Shown here: positions 53,481 to 64,000 of the stretch, piece after piece
How positions within the stretch are numbered: the stretch's first letter is position 1
How the letters are laid out: each line of letters begins with the position of its first letter
Assembly (NCBI RefSeq): GCF_001194135.2
Contig: NC_068992.1
Coordinates: 1,733,040-1,797,039 of the forward strand
Direction: 5' to 3'
DNA: 64,000 bases
Origin: Octopus bimaculoides
Taxonomy: Eukaryota
Notes under the pieces: model-generated
What the model saw: the letters and a program-made list of their open reading frames with translations, nothing else
What the model was told of the DNA's origin: nothing
Databases searched by the model: none
Program-made: the position numbers and the translations under genes

Positions 53481-54130
53481 TGAATGTATGCATGTATATA
53501 TGTATACAGGCCTTTATAGAAAATGCACATATACACACATACAGTCCCGAATATATGTATATGTAATAGCAGCATATATGTATGTGTGTTTCTGTGCGTA
53601 CGTGTGTAAGTGCGACTGTGTTTCTATATGTAGACATATCGGTTATCCTTCATTTTTAATGGATGTTTTATTACTGAACGGCTTGAAAATGCATTGTTAC
53701 GAAGCAGCAGCGTGTAGAAGCAAACACTGCTCTGACTAAGCAGTTAATCCACTACAATATTTTTTCACCATTTTTATTCGTTAATAAAGAATGTGACCAC
53801 GCTAATATTTCGTCATTTTTGCTATTTCTTTTCCTAACTGAATTGCTCTCTGACTATTTTATCGATAACTCCAAATTAGGATTATTTCCAAACGTGAAGC
53901 CAGGATTTCTAACAATGAACACATTTCACGTACACAACATTCAAAGTCTCTTGTTTGCCACATGGGCAAAACTAAATAGTTTCGCGGATTCATTTCTTTT
54001 TTCCTGTGTATTTGCTAAACAAATTTGATAACTCTTTTACTGACGATTTCAGGAGTAAAAAGCGACATTTTTATCAAGTATTACCTTCGAGACATAAATA
54101 GAGAGTGACACATTAACCGACGACTTTCAC

Positions 54131-54190
54131 TGTTCTTTCATTGTTCTTTATTGTTCTTTATTGTTCTTTATTGTTCTTTATTGTTCTTTA
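54131..54190. repeat. (TTGTTCTTTA)n decamer tandem repeat
   Basis: Five perfect units plus one imperfect unit. Confidence 0.95.
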
Positions 54191-54856
54191 TATTTTACTT
54201 AGAAACCGATAGAATTAAAGAGATCCCTGTAATTCGGTCGTGCATCAAAAACGAATGCCTTGCAAACGAATTTGTTGTTATGACCTTTTCTCTCCTTCTT
54301 TATGCGTGGAATACTTTACCAAAATCTAGTTGTGATCGGGAATGAGGAAAAATCTATACGTGTTGCACATCTTAGCATTTCAGAAATAACGGAATGCTAA
54401 CGACAAAAGTTATAAAAAGACTGCACCATATATTTGAGTTATTGTTTATGGATACTGGCTAACAAATGTGCGTAACAGGATAACTAATCAAAATACTCTC
54501 CTTTGGAGACAATCTGAAATCTTCTGCGGTTAACGTGCAATTATGCTTACTAAATTTACATGATTCCTGAGTATAAAACTTAGCGTTGTAAAGTGGATTA
54601 CGTAACAGAAACACCATAATGCAGTTTATTAAAGCAATGACATTATTTGGGCATGAATTATCGATTTCTTTCATTCAGAGATTGTGCCGGATATTCTTCA
54701 TTTATTCTTAATAGCTGTTGTATATTAATGAAGAATATGAAATTTGATTCTTTGCACTTTAAGTAAATGTTGCCAATTGGTTCTAGGTTCTTGGTTGCTC
54801 TTCTTGAAGTGTCCAGATGAGATTAGAATAACAAATTTCTAATTACACACTATTGG

Positions 54857-55065
54857 ATTCGAATATTGGCTCAAGGCCAGCAATTAAGGGGGTGAGGCTA
54901 AGTTAACTACGACGACTCCAGGGCTCCACTGGTACTCATTTTACCGACCCAAAATGATGAAAATCAAAGTTAACACCCGATGGTATTTGAACGTAGAACG
55001 TAAGGTTGGAAGAAATTACGCTACGTATTTTGTCCTTCGCGATAACGTTTCTGCCAGCTTACCGC
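54857..55065 (-). mobile_element. SINE family B copy (diverged)
   Basis: ...CTGGTACTCATTTTACCGACCC...AAAGTTAACACCCGATGGTATTTGAACGTAGAACGTAA...GTTTCTGCCAGCTTACCGC is the reverse complement of family B. Confidence 0.7.
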
Positions 55066-55112
55066 TTTTGGGGGCCCGTAATATTTCTATTCCTCAATAT
55101 TTTCATATAAAT

Positions 55113-55346
55113 AAGGCAGCGAGCTGGCAGAATCGTCAGCACGTCGGGTGAAATGCCTAGTGGTATTTCGTCTGTCTTAACGTTCTGAGTTCACATTCCG
55201 CCGCGGTCGACTTTACCTTTCAACCTTTCGAGGTCGATTAAATAAGTACCAGCTACGCACTGGGGTCGATGTAATCGACTTAATCCGTTTGTCTGTCCTT
55301 GCTTGTCCCCTCTATGTTCATCCCCCAGTGAGCAATAAAGAAATAA
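55113..55346 (+). mobile_element. SINE family B, near full length
   Basis: AAGGCAGCGAGCTGGCAGAATCGTCAGCACGTCGGGTGAAATGCC...CGTTCTGAGTTCACATTCCGCCGCGGTCGACTTT...GGGGTCGATGTAATCGACT...AATAAAGAAATA. Box B-like GAGTTCA.ATTCC present. Confidence 0.9.
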
Positions 55347-55708
55347 ATATTTTCTTATGAATTTAAAAACAGTTAACGACTTTCTAATCATTAATGGAGT
55401 TTCTAATAGAATCGCACCTTTTTTCGCGTAGATATGTCTCCTTTAATTCTGAGTCGGAATAATCCTAGATTATGTTTTACTTTTAATGTCTTCAAAGTTG
55501 GTAAAATATTTGGAAATCGCTAATAAAAGTCAAGTTGTGTTGAATCGGTCAACAACAAGCCTTTCACCTTTATGGCCGGAAGCCAAAACAATAAACCATT
55601 GTTTGAATGAAGAAGACAGAGAGATAAATATATGAAAGTATATGCTCAAAATAATTCTTGATACTAATAGATAATAATAATAATGATGAAAATAATAACA
55701 ACAACAAC

Positions 55709-55855
55709 ATCGAAAAATACTTCAGGAATGAGAACCCAGGTTCGAAATTTCCCCAAGACACCTGAAGAAGGCTGGAGGGTATAACAGCCGAAATGTTGTG
55801 TTAACAACAAACAAGATGAGGAGAAATATCCGTCAAATGTAAATAATGTAAATAA
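55709..55855 (+). mobile_element. Penelope-like terminal repeat fragment, second copy
   Basis: Homologous to the reverse complement of 10999-11181. Confidence 0.7.
55757..55802 (+). ncRNA. Hammerhead ribozyme motif, mutated copy
   Basis: GACAC-CUGAAGA-A-GGCUG(GAGGGUAUAA)CAGCC-GAAA-UGUU-GUGUU. Core, stem I and stem II intact; stem III ACGU changed to AUGU and the triplet is GUU. Confidence 0.55.
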
Positions 55856-56725
55856 TCTCTTTTTAGTTCTCATTGCTTATAAATTTCTCTGTCAACGTCA
55901 CTTGCTACTTATGAGCAGCCGTGAAGAGGAGTATTACAACAAGGAGAGTAAAATGAATTGGGCCAGGACGAAACTCCTGAACTTAAGGTTCAGTGGACTT
56001 GGCTTGAACTACTTATGGAAAATGTTCATTTGGAATATGTTCTTTAGTTCAGTCTTCATAGCGGTGTCCAAGTTTATAGAAGAGAAAGCATTGACTAGCA
56101 AATAGTCATGTAAGGGTAAATTTGCCCAGATCTATATTTTTGTACAAAGTGTAAATTGAAATAAATATAATATCGTCTTTACTTGTATTTTGTGTAAACA
56201 ATTTACGCCTGATAATATACGAGTAATACTTTCAATTCGCTGATTGCTTAACCAGCATGTGTTATTTGAAGAGATGGAATAACAATCCTAAATTAGTGTT
56301 TAGATTGCGATCTTGAACAGGCATTAAAAACCTTTCTATTCTTTTATTTGATTCACCGTCTTGAAGCCATTTCAACGACGAGTCAACATTTTCCCATTGT
56401 TCATGTCTTTGTTGCAACAATAAACTGCTTTTATTGTAGAGCTTTCTTTCATAAATTATCCTGCTTAGAGCGCTATCTTCTCCTCAACTCCAACATGTTT
56501 AAGTCCTCGCTACATTATAACAAGTTTAAGTAGTTCTCATTCACCCTTGGCATGTAAGCGATTTACTGATCTCTGTACTCCCTCTTATCTTTGGTTTCAT
56601 CAATAAATGACTAACATCTGCCCACGAGACAACTGCTGCATGCATTGATAGACCTGTTTTACTCTTTAAGACAACTATCTCGACTGTTATCCAATTATCA
56701 GCATCATAATTTTAATTCATGCATT

Positions 56726-56895
56726 AAGGCGGCGAGCTGGTAGAATCGTTAACACACCGGGCAAGAAGCATAGTGGTATTTCATCTGTCTGTACGTTCTG
56801 AGTTCAAATTCCACCGAGGTCGACTTTGCTTTTCATCATTTTGGGACCGATAAATTAAGCACCACTCGAGCAGTGGGGTCGATGTAATCGACTGG
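56726..56895 (+). mobile_element. SINE family B copy
   Basis: AAGGCGGCGAGCTGGTAGAATCGTTAACACACCGGGC...CGTTCTGAGTTCAAATTCCACCGAGGTCGACTTTGC...GGGGTCGATGTAATCGACT. Confidence 0.9.
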
Positions 56896-56914
56896 TCTTG
56901 CACTTATAGCAGAA

Positions 56915-56949
<35 letters not shown>

Positions 56950-57118
56950 CATTATTATTGTTGTTGTTATTATTATATGAAACCTCGCAGCTTATTTTGC
57001 ATCCAGCAGACAGGTGACACTTCTTTAATGGTCATGCTTCAAGAACCTGACGCAGAATGCAGTTCTAAGCAATGCTGGTTTTTGTAGGTATTCTACCTTT
57101 ACACATGCACCAATCTAT

Positions 57119-57258
57119 ACGACGGGCTTCTTTCAGTTTCCGTTTACCAACGCCACTCACAATGATTCGGTCGGACAAATGTGACAAGCAGTGGAACTGA
57201 ATCCGGAACCATGTGGTTGGTAGGCAAGCTACTTACTATACAGCCACTCCTGTGCCTA
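57119..57258 (-). mobile_element. SINE family A copy, internally deleted
   Basis: ACGACGGGCTTCTTTCAGTTTCCG...GGAACCATGTGGTTGGTAGGCAAGCTACTTACTATACAGCCACTCCTGTGCCTA. Confidence 0.85.
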
Positions 57259-57663
57259 AATTAAAACCTAACGGCAGAGGAAACACATTTCGCCCGGCCT
57301 GCTAACNNNNNNNNNNCAGAGGAAACACATTTCGCCCGGCCTGCTAACGATTCTATCAGTTCGCCCCCCCCCCCCTGATTAGTATTTTATTCTGGTATAC
57401 CCCATAGTCATTCAATGTTGAAAAAATTAGTTCTATACAAACTTCTTTCTAAATTCCTATTTTGTTTTTCACACGTAATCCTTTGTAGGTTGAGCATTAG
57501 AAGATGTTAGCGAAAGAAACCTTTTTCAACAGTTTTTCAGGGGCCTTACAATATTATTGTGAATCCCTAATTTACTATTTCGTTGGCAAGGACCCCCTAA
57601 ATTCTTATTTGGAACCTCAGGGGCGATATGAACCCTTGTTGAGAACCACTGGATTCGATCCAT

Positions 57664-58054
<391 letters not shown>

Positions 58055-59742
58055 GTTCCGTGGCAGAAATTTCGCCATGTTGGCGAATGTTTATATATTT
58101 GGATGAAAAAAATGGAGACTTAAAGAATTTGGAATTTGAGTATTTATGGGTATTTATGGGTATTTATGGGTATTGCGTGCATAAAGCGTGAATGTGCGTG
58201 TTTGTGCAGATGCGTTCTCACCTTCGGAAGACAAGTGTAAGAATATTGGATAAGACTCACTCGGAAAAGTAGAAGAAAAACAAGGTAAAGACTTACCGGC
58301 ATAAATTCAGCCCGGTTTTCACGTGCGTAGCCATTTTAACAATAACAACAGCAACAATAACAATAATAATCGTAACGGCGATGACGATGATCGTGTAAAC
58401 CACAACAATGGTGATGATGATGATGATGATGATCATGACGACGACGACGGTGATCATGATGATAGTGACGGTGGTAGTGGTGGTGGTAGTGGTGGTGCTG
58501 GTGCTGGTGCTGGTGGTAGCGTAGTGTATTAGAAAAAAAATGGTATTACTGAATGCCAGTTCATTTTCTAGAATAGTTACGTGTTACCTGACGTGTCAAA
58601 TTCCACTTTTCACCTCTGCAGCGTTTTTTTTTTGTTTTTTTCTTTAATAGCTCCCAGTAATTGAATAGGTTTAACACAATTTTCTTATTCAACAAGTTCC
58701 CATTTGCTTCCGTAGAAAATCTCTACTATTGAAAGCATCAGCGCTTACAATAACGCCTAAATACCATTACGGCAACAATAATCTCTATTACCTTTAATAT
58801 TAATACTAATACTAATCAGAATACTTATACTATTAATAAAGTTTATGTTAGTGTCCTTGGAATATCCACATTTCTAAAGAACACTGAATCGCAGTTGAGA
58901 TATGCGTACACACCGTCGTCTCCTGAAGCACGGCTTATGCTTATTTTCCCATCTATATATTTTATTTAACACTGCAAAACTCCTTTAATAACAAAATAGA
59001 GAAGATGCAATCAAAATGGAAATTTGGGAATTCATATTCAATAGATTTAGTTTTGGGAAAAGTTATTTTAAAATATCTTTTTCAAAAAGCCACGGAGCTT
59101 TACTGTTTTTTTTTTATATAACATTTCAATGTCGGCCATTTTTCCTGCTTAATGTATAAATGGGCTGCAAAATTGGCTTTCTGTTGTATTCCACTTAAAT
59201 GGATATTGAAAAAAAAATCCGCACAAAACATTTATGGATCCATTTAAGGTTTGAAAATTTTGCATTTATCACCGATATTGATCTTCAGATAAACATTAAA
59301 CAGTAACAACAAAATTGTATATGTGTATGTATGAACTTGTGTACACCAATATGTGCATGCATAGTACTTCCAATAACGGCAGACATTTGAAATATTCATG
59401 TTCAGTATTGCTGCATATATAGCAGAATCTAAACTCTCGTGACCTTGATTCCAACTGCAGATCGTATGCATAGAGAAATCAAGAGAATAAAAAATGATTC
59501 TCTCTTTGGTGTATTTGAATGGTAAACCATCAATGAATATTAGGCAATGTTGGAGCAAGTTGTGTCAATAAAAGGTCATCATATACTTGGGTACAGTTTC
59601 GCACAAATCGTTCTTAAAATAACGAAACCCAATTCAGCGATTCGTGAAATCCATTGTATTAGGTGAGTCACCACTAATGTCTTGAGTAGTCTGGCCATCA
59701 AAAACCTCGAAGTTATATATTTATATGTAGATATTAAGTAAA

Positions 59743-59960
59743 AGGTGAAGGCGGTTGGCTTACTGGCTTGGGTACTCGGCGTAAGGTTGAGTTCGGTTCC
59801 TGGCAACGAATTGTGTCCTTGAGCAAGACACTTTATTTCACGTTGCTCCAGTCCTCTCGGCTGGCAGAAATGAGTAGTACATGTATTTCAAAGGACCAGC
59901 CTTGTCAAATTCTGTTAAAGATACGTTTGTCTGTTGAGCGCTCAGCCACTTGCACGTTGA
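59743..59960 (+). mobile_element. SINE-like element of a further family
   Basis: tRNA-like head (GGTTGAGTTCGGTTCCTGG) followed by GTGTCCTTGAGCAAGACACTTTATTTCACGTTGCTCCAGTCC...GGCTGGCAGAAATGAGTA, a SINE body-type motif. Confidence 0.6.
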
Positions 59961-61064
59961 GGCTATTCTGTTGATCTGCTCATCTAGAACATTTGTGGTC
60001 GAAACTGACGCAGAGCAAGTTATCTTTTTTCTTTGAATTAAATGTGGTAGTTAACGATAATAACAAAGCAAAACAAAATGAGAAAGAATCCGAAAAAAAA
60101 TTTGTTGAATGTCACTAACGTCGTAGGTCTTCTATTGATCATGATACGCAGACAATTCATCAAAGAATATCGCTTTTCTGGAATTGCCTCCATGCTGATT
60201 TCTTTCACATTGCCGTTCATTTACAAAAGTGCAACCCGGATATTAATTGTAGCAAAACCATTGATCGAGAAAGGCCAGTAAAATTTTTGAGTACTGCCCC
60301 TTCCTCCAGATACTGCGAATAAAAGCCATCGTTTTGCGAGTAATCGTGGAATACTTGGTTAATATTCGTTTGAGGTAATTTCCATGCTAACGATTTCCAT
60401 AAAATCACGTTTGTTTTTCGTGTTCTATACCAAAGTATAATTTTCTTGCAAAAAGTGCCATAGAAAAAAATTCAATCGAGCGGGAACTATATATTTTTTA
60501 TTTTCTATTTGAAGGCTAGAGACCATTGCTTAAAGATTTTTGTGAAATCAATCATCAGTTCATCATTTATACCGAAAGTTAATGCCACAGGCTAGGAATC
60601 AACTTCTCATAGAACATGTATCTCAGAGAATTTCATTCCAGCAAGAAGAAAATCTGGTTTGGGTGAACGAGACGCTATCTCTCTAAGGTTCACAACTTTC
60701 GCCAAAGTAGAACCGTAAAAGATACTAGCAACATTTCACCCTTACACACACACACACACACACGCACACACACACCACACGCATGTGCGCGAGCACACAC
60801 ACATAAATACACATATGTATTTATACATATACACACACACACATACATATATACATATGTCATAAAGTGTTCCAGAGTTTCCCATTGATAATGGCTAAAG
60901 AGCTAGAATCATCGATGTCTGGGAATCCGACAGGGGGCGATACTGGACAGATGATATTTTTACAGCATTTTACAGTAAAAGAGAAATTTTCTCCGCAGTA
61001 ACTATAGTGAATTTGCCTTTTATCAGTTGAAATATGTCACAAACATATTTTAACTATCTTCATG

Positions 61065-61152
61065 TACGCTTACCCCAGTGTTTAACTGGTTCTTATTTTC
61101 TCGACCGCGAAAGAATGAAAGCTAAAGTCAATCTCGGTGAAATTTGAACTCT
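61065..61152 (-). mobile_element. SINE family B, 5'-truncated
   Basis: CCCCAGTGTTTAACTGGTTCTTATTTTCTCGACCGCGAAAGAATGAAAGCTAAAGTCAATCTCGGTGAAATTTGAACTC is the reverse complement of the family B body. Confidence 0.75.
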
Positions 61153-61169
61153 TTTTAGTATAAATATTA

Positions 61170-61412
61170 TTGGGTTGGTGCATAATTATTGCGGCTTTTT
61201 TTCAATAATTTTATTCAACAAAAACAATAACAACATGTAACAAAAGCATCTTTAAATGATTATTCCGGGGCATATTCACCACCTACTTCAATTATTGCTT
61301 GGCAGATGGTCAGACCGTCATTTAAAGATGTTTTTATTAAATATTGTTGATTTTGTTGAATAAAATTTGTTGGAAAAAAAAAAAAAGCCGCAATAATTAT
61401 GCACCAACTCAA
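61170..61412. mobile_element. Mariner-type MITE with TA flanks
   Basis: TA-TTGGGTTGGTGCATAATTATTGCGGC ... GCCGCAATAATTATGCACCAACTCAA-TA. 26-bp terminal repeat (1 mismatch) of the mariner TTAGGTTGGTGCA type, with further internal inverted similarity. Confidence 0.9.
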
Positions 61413-62561
61413 TAATATTTATACTAAAATGAGTTCAAATTTCAATATATTGTCATAAAGCTCACACATAATTTTAATGAGGAAATGTAAGACGAATTAT
61501 CTGAAGTAGTTGCTGGACATCTCAGAAAATGTAATAATACATTTTGTCCATATAGTGCAGAACATTTGTATATATATTAGCAAGAAATGATATTTCATTT
61601 TACAAGTAGCCTACTTTATTGGACTTCTGGAAATGGAGAATAACAGAGTGGACAATAACATTTGAATAATGTTGTATAGATTACACGTTTCTATTAGAAA
61701 GAAAATTGAAACAATAATGGGAGTAGAATGCAATTTTAAATCTATTTGAAGGTGCTTTGCGCCCACGCATGCGTGCACGAATCTCTGGCTATGTTCACGT
61801 GTGTGTGTCTGTGTCTGTAGGTGAGTGTATGCGCATGAGCAATGCAAACACGTCTGGATACTAAGATGTTAAAAATCTAATTACGAGAACCAGATGTGTC
61901 AACTTGGTCACGTGTACTCTAACATAGAGAGTGAAATTAGGTGGAGGGAAATTGTGGAAAGCTTGTCTATATAATATCAAGATCGATCTTTGTTATTTAC
62001 GTTTATTCTGCCTGGTTATTTGTTACAGCTACTGATTTTGTAACCTACTCAGGCTGGGGCAGACAATTGAAATGCCTACTCACACGAACTTTGTGAATAA
62101 TTTAAATTTTCATCATCAAAATCTGACGCATGGTTAAAGAATGAAGTGTGTTAATAAGAGGGAATATGAATATATTATAGAAAAAACAAAATATCGATGT
62201 AAACAAAACGTATCAACCCTATTCTTGTAGTTAGCTTTCCAAAACCCATAAACTTCCCATTAGTAAATATATCCGAATAGAATATTACTGTACTTAGCGA
62301 ACGATTCATTTTCCTTATATTTGCTACAAAAATATTTCTATAAAAGCGTCATACAAGGAACCAGTGTATGCAAAGATAATGTAAGTTGTAAGCGATTGTA
62401 AGAGAAAATATCAAAGTAAAAATGTGTATGAGATACAAGTTGTATTATCAATTCGGAAAATAGAATATTCCCACAATCCGAATATTTCTGTTTGAATTGT
62501 GTATCTTTTAATACAATCAGACGGAAAAGTGAAACGTTAGCTTTTATCTTTTACTTTCCAC

Positions 62562-62730
62562 CTTTTACTTGTTTCAATCATTAGACTGCGGCCATGCTGG
62601 GTCACCGCCTTGAGGAAAGTTTAGTCTAAGCATTCGACTGGAGTACATATTGTTTCTAAGCTTGGCACTTATCTTCTCGGGGACGTAAGCACATCAGCAC
62701 CGGTTGTCAAGCTGTTTTGAGGGACAAACA
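62562..62730 (+). mobile_element. Repeat family C copy
   Basis: CTTTTACTTGTTTCAATCATTAGACTGCGGCCATGCTGGGTCACCGCCTTGA...CACATCAGCACCGGTTGTCAAGC. Confidence 0.75.
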
Positions 62731-62792
62731 CAAGCACAAAAACACGCATCTACACACACACAAATACACACAAACATATAAGCGCACACACG

Positions 62793-62847
<55 letters not shown>

Positions 62848-63941
62848 GTATGTATATGTATGTATATATATNNNNNNNNNNNNNNNNNNNNNNNNNNNNN
62901 NNNNNNNNNNNNNNNNNNNATATATATATATATACATATTTAATTTCTATATATATTTCAAAATATATGTATTCTACTCCAAAGAAGTAAAAGCTGCTGG
63001 AAATCGACATATGTTCATCGTCAGGGAACCAACATATAGAAGCAAGACAAATGCGAAATGATGAGTTACCTCGCTGGATGTTCTACTTCAGAAATTTATA
63101 AAGGGTTAGTGGCGAGGAACTGCAACGACGTTTATTATTATTAACGTTATTATTCAAAAACTTCAAAATGTAGATTTTTATGGGCACCCACATTTTCAGT
63201 AATAAAAAGATATCAGTTGCTTAGAGTTTTCGAAATTCGTTATGACTCGTAAGTGTTGGTTGTTTCCCTCCAATTTCCGCTTTGTGTGTGGGCTGTACTT
63301 CGGATTCTCGGAGTCCAACATTTTCCTTATTTCCTTATCTCCTTATCATTGAATACTAAGCTTTTCACAAAATATTACAAATCATTGACAAATACTATTT
63401 CTATCTAACTACAGAATTTTTTGTTTAACACCATTTACCTTAACCCTAACCTAATTATTAATTTTCAATAGTGAGGTTCAATATCATTTTCCCGATAAAA
63501 TCAATTTCTTTTAGTCTAAGAATGAATATTAGTCTGATTCCAATTAACAAATTTTGCAAAATTCTGTTCATATTCGCCGTTAACTAAATCTGAGATACGA
63601 AGCTTTTCAGTGAGTACCAATTATTTTGGTAGAAATAGTGTCTGTACAATTGATAAGAGTTCTTCATACACTACTTTTGATAATTTCACATTAACAAATT
63701 GTAGGAACTATTTCTCATAATATACATTCCAAATTTCGATTGCGTTAGTCGTCTTTTATTGTTTGTCAGTAGGTATCTCTTATAATACTCGAGGGGACTG
63801 GAATCACTTCAGTATCTTTCTGCATTTCTTATCCATTCAATATTAATTTCAAGTATTGTCCATGCACTTTACACATATTCACTGAAGAGAATGTAGTGTA
63901 GAAAGTGGTTGATGCGCGAAGTCGAATGTTATTTATTGAGT

Positions 63942-63983
<42 letters not shown>

Positions 63984-64000
63984 ATATATATATATATATA

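Noticed and set aside
57275-57350. Exact ~32-bp direct repeat flanking a 10-N gap
   Set aside because: Typical unmerged contig overlap; probably an assembly artefact.
63436-63455. TTAACCCTAACCTAA as telomeric repeat
   Set aside because: Fewer than three units.

Overview
Eukaryotic, AT-rich genomic DNA from a draft assembly with seven N-gaps, saturated with (TA)n, (CA)n, (GA)n, (TATC)n and trinucleotide microsatellites. The interspersed repeats resemble the SINE-like families I recognise from octopus genomes, so the source is probably Octopus; this is recognition, not a database result. No prokaryotic system (operon, CRISPR, rRNA, tRNA gene) is present, and no protein-coding gene can be named. 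Most supplied ORFs are microsatellite or gap artefacts, or antisense shadows. Well-supported content: at least three SINE-like families in many copies, decayed Tc1/mariner elements and MITE-like inverted repeats, fragments of restriction-endonuclease-type (RLE) LINEs, and Penelope-like element (PLE) remnants. The clearest functional signal is a minimal type I hammerhead ribozyme in a PLE-type terminal repeat (11088-11133, minus strand, GUC cleavage site, palindromic ACGU stem III), with a mutated second copy at 55757-55802. Weaker leads: four long inverted repeats that could form dsRNA (possible ADAR substrates), a diverged 90-bp duplication with conserved ends, a CCHC zinc knuckle behind a splice acceptor, start-less coding-like remnants, and unassigned candidate exons on both strands.
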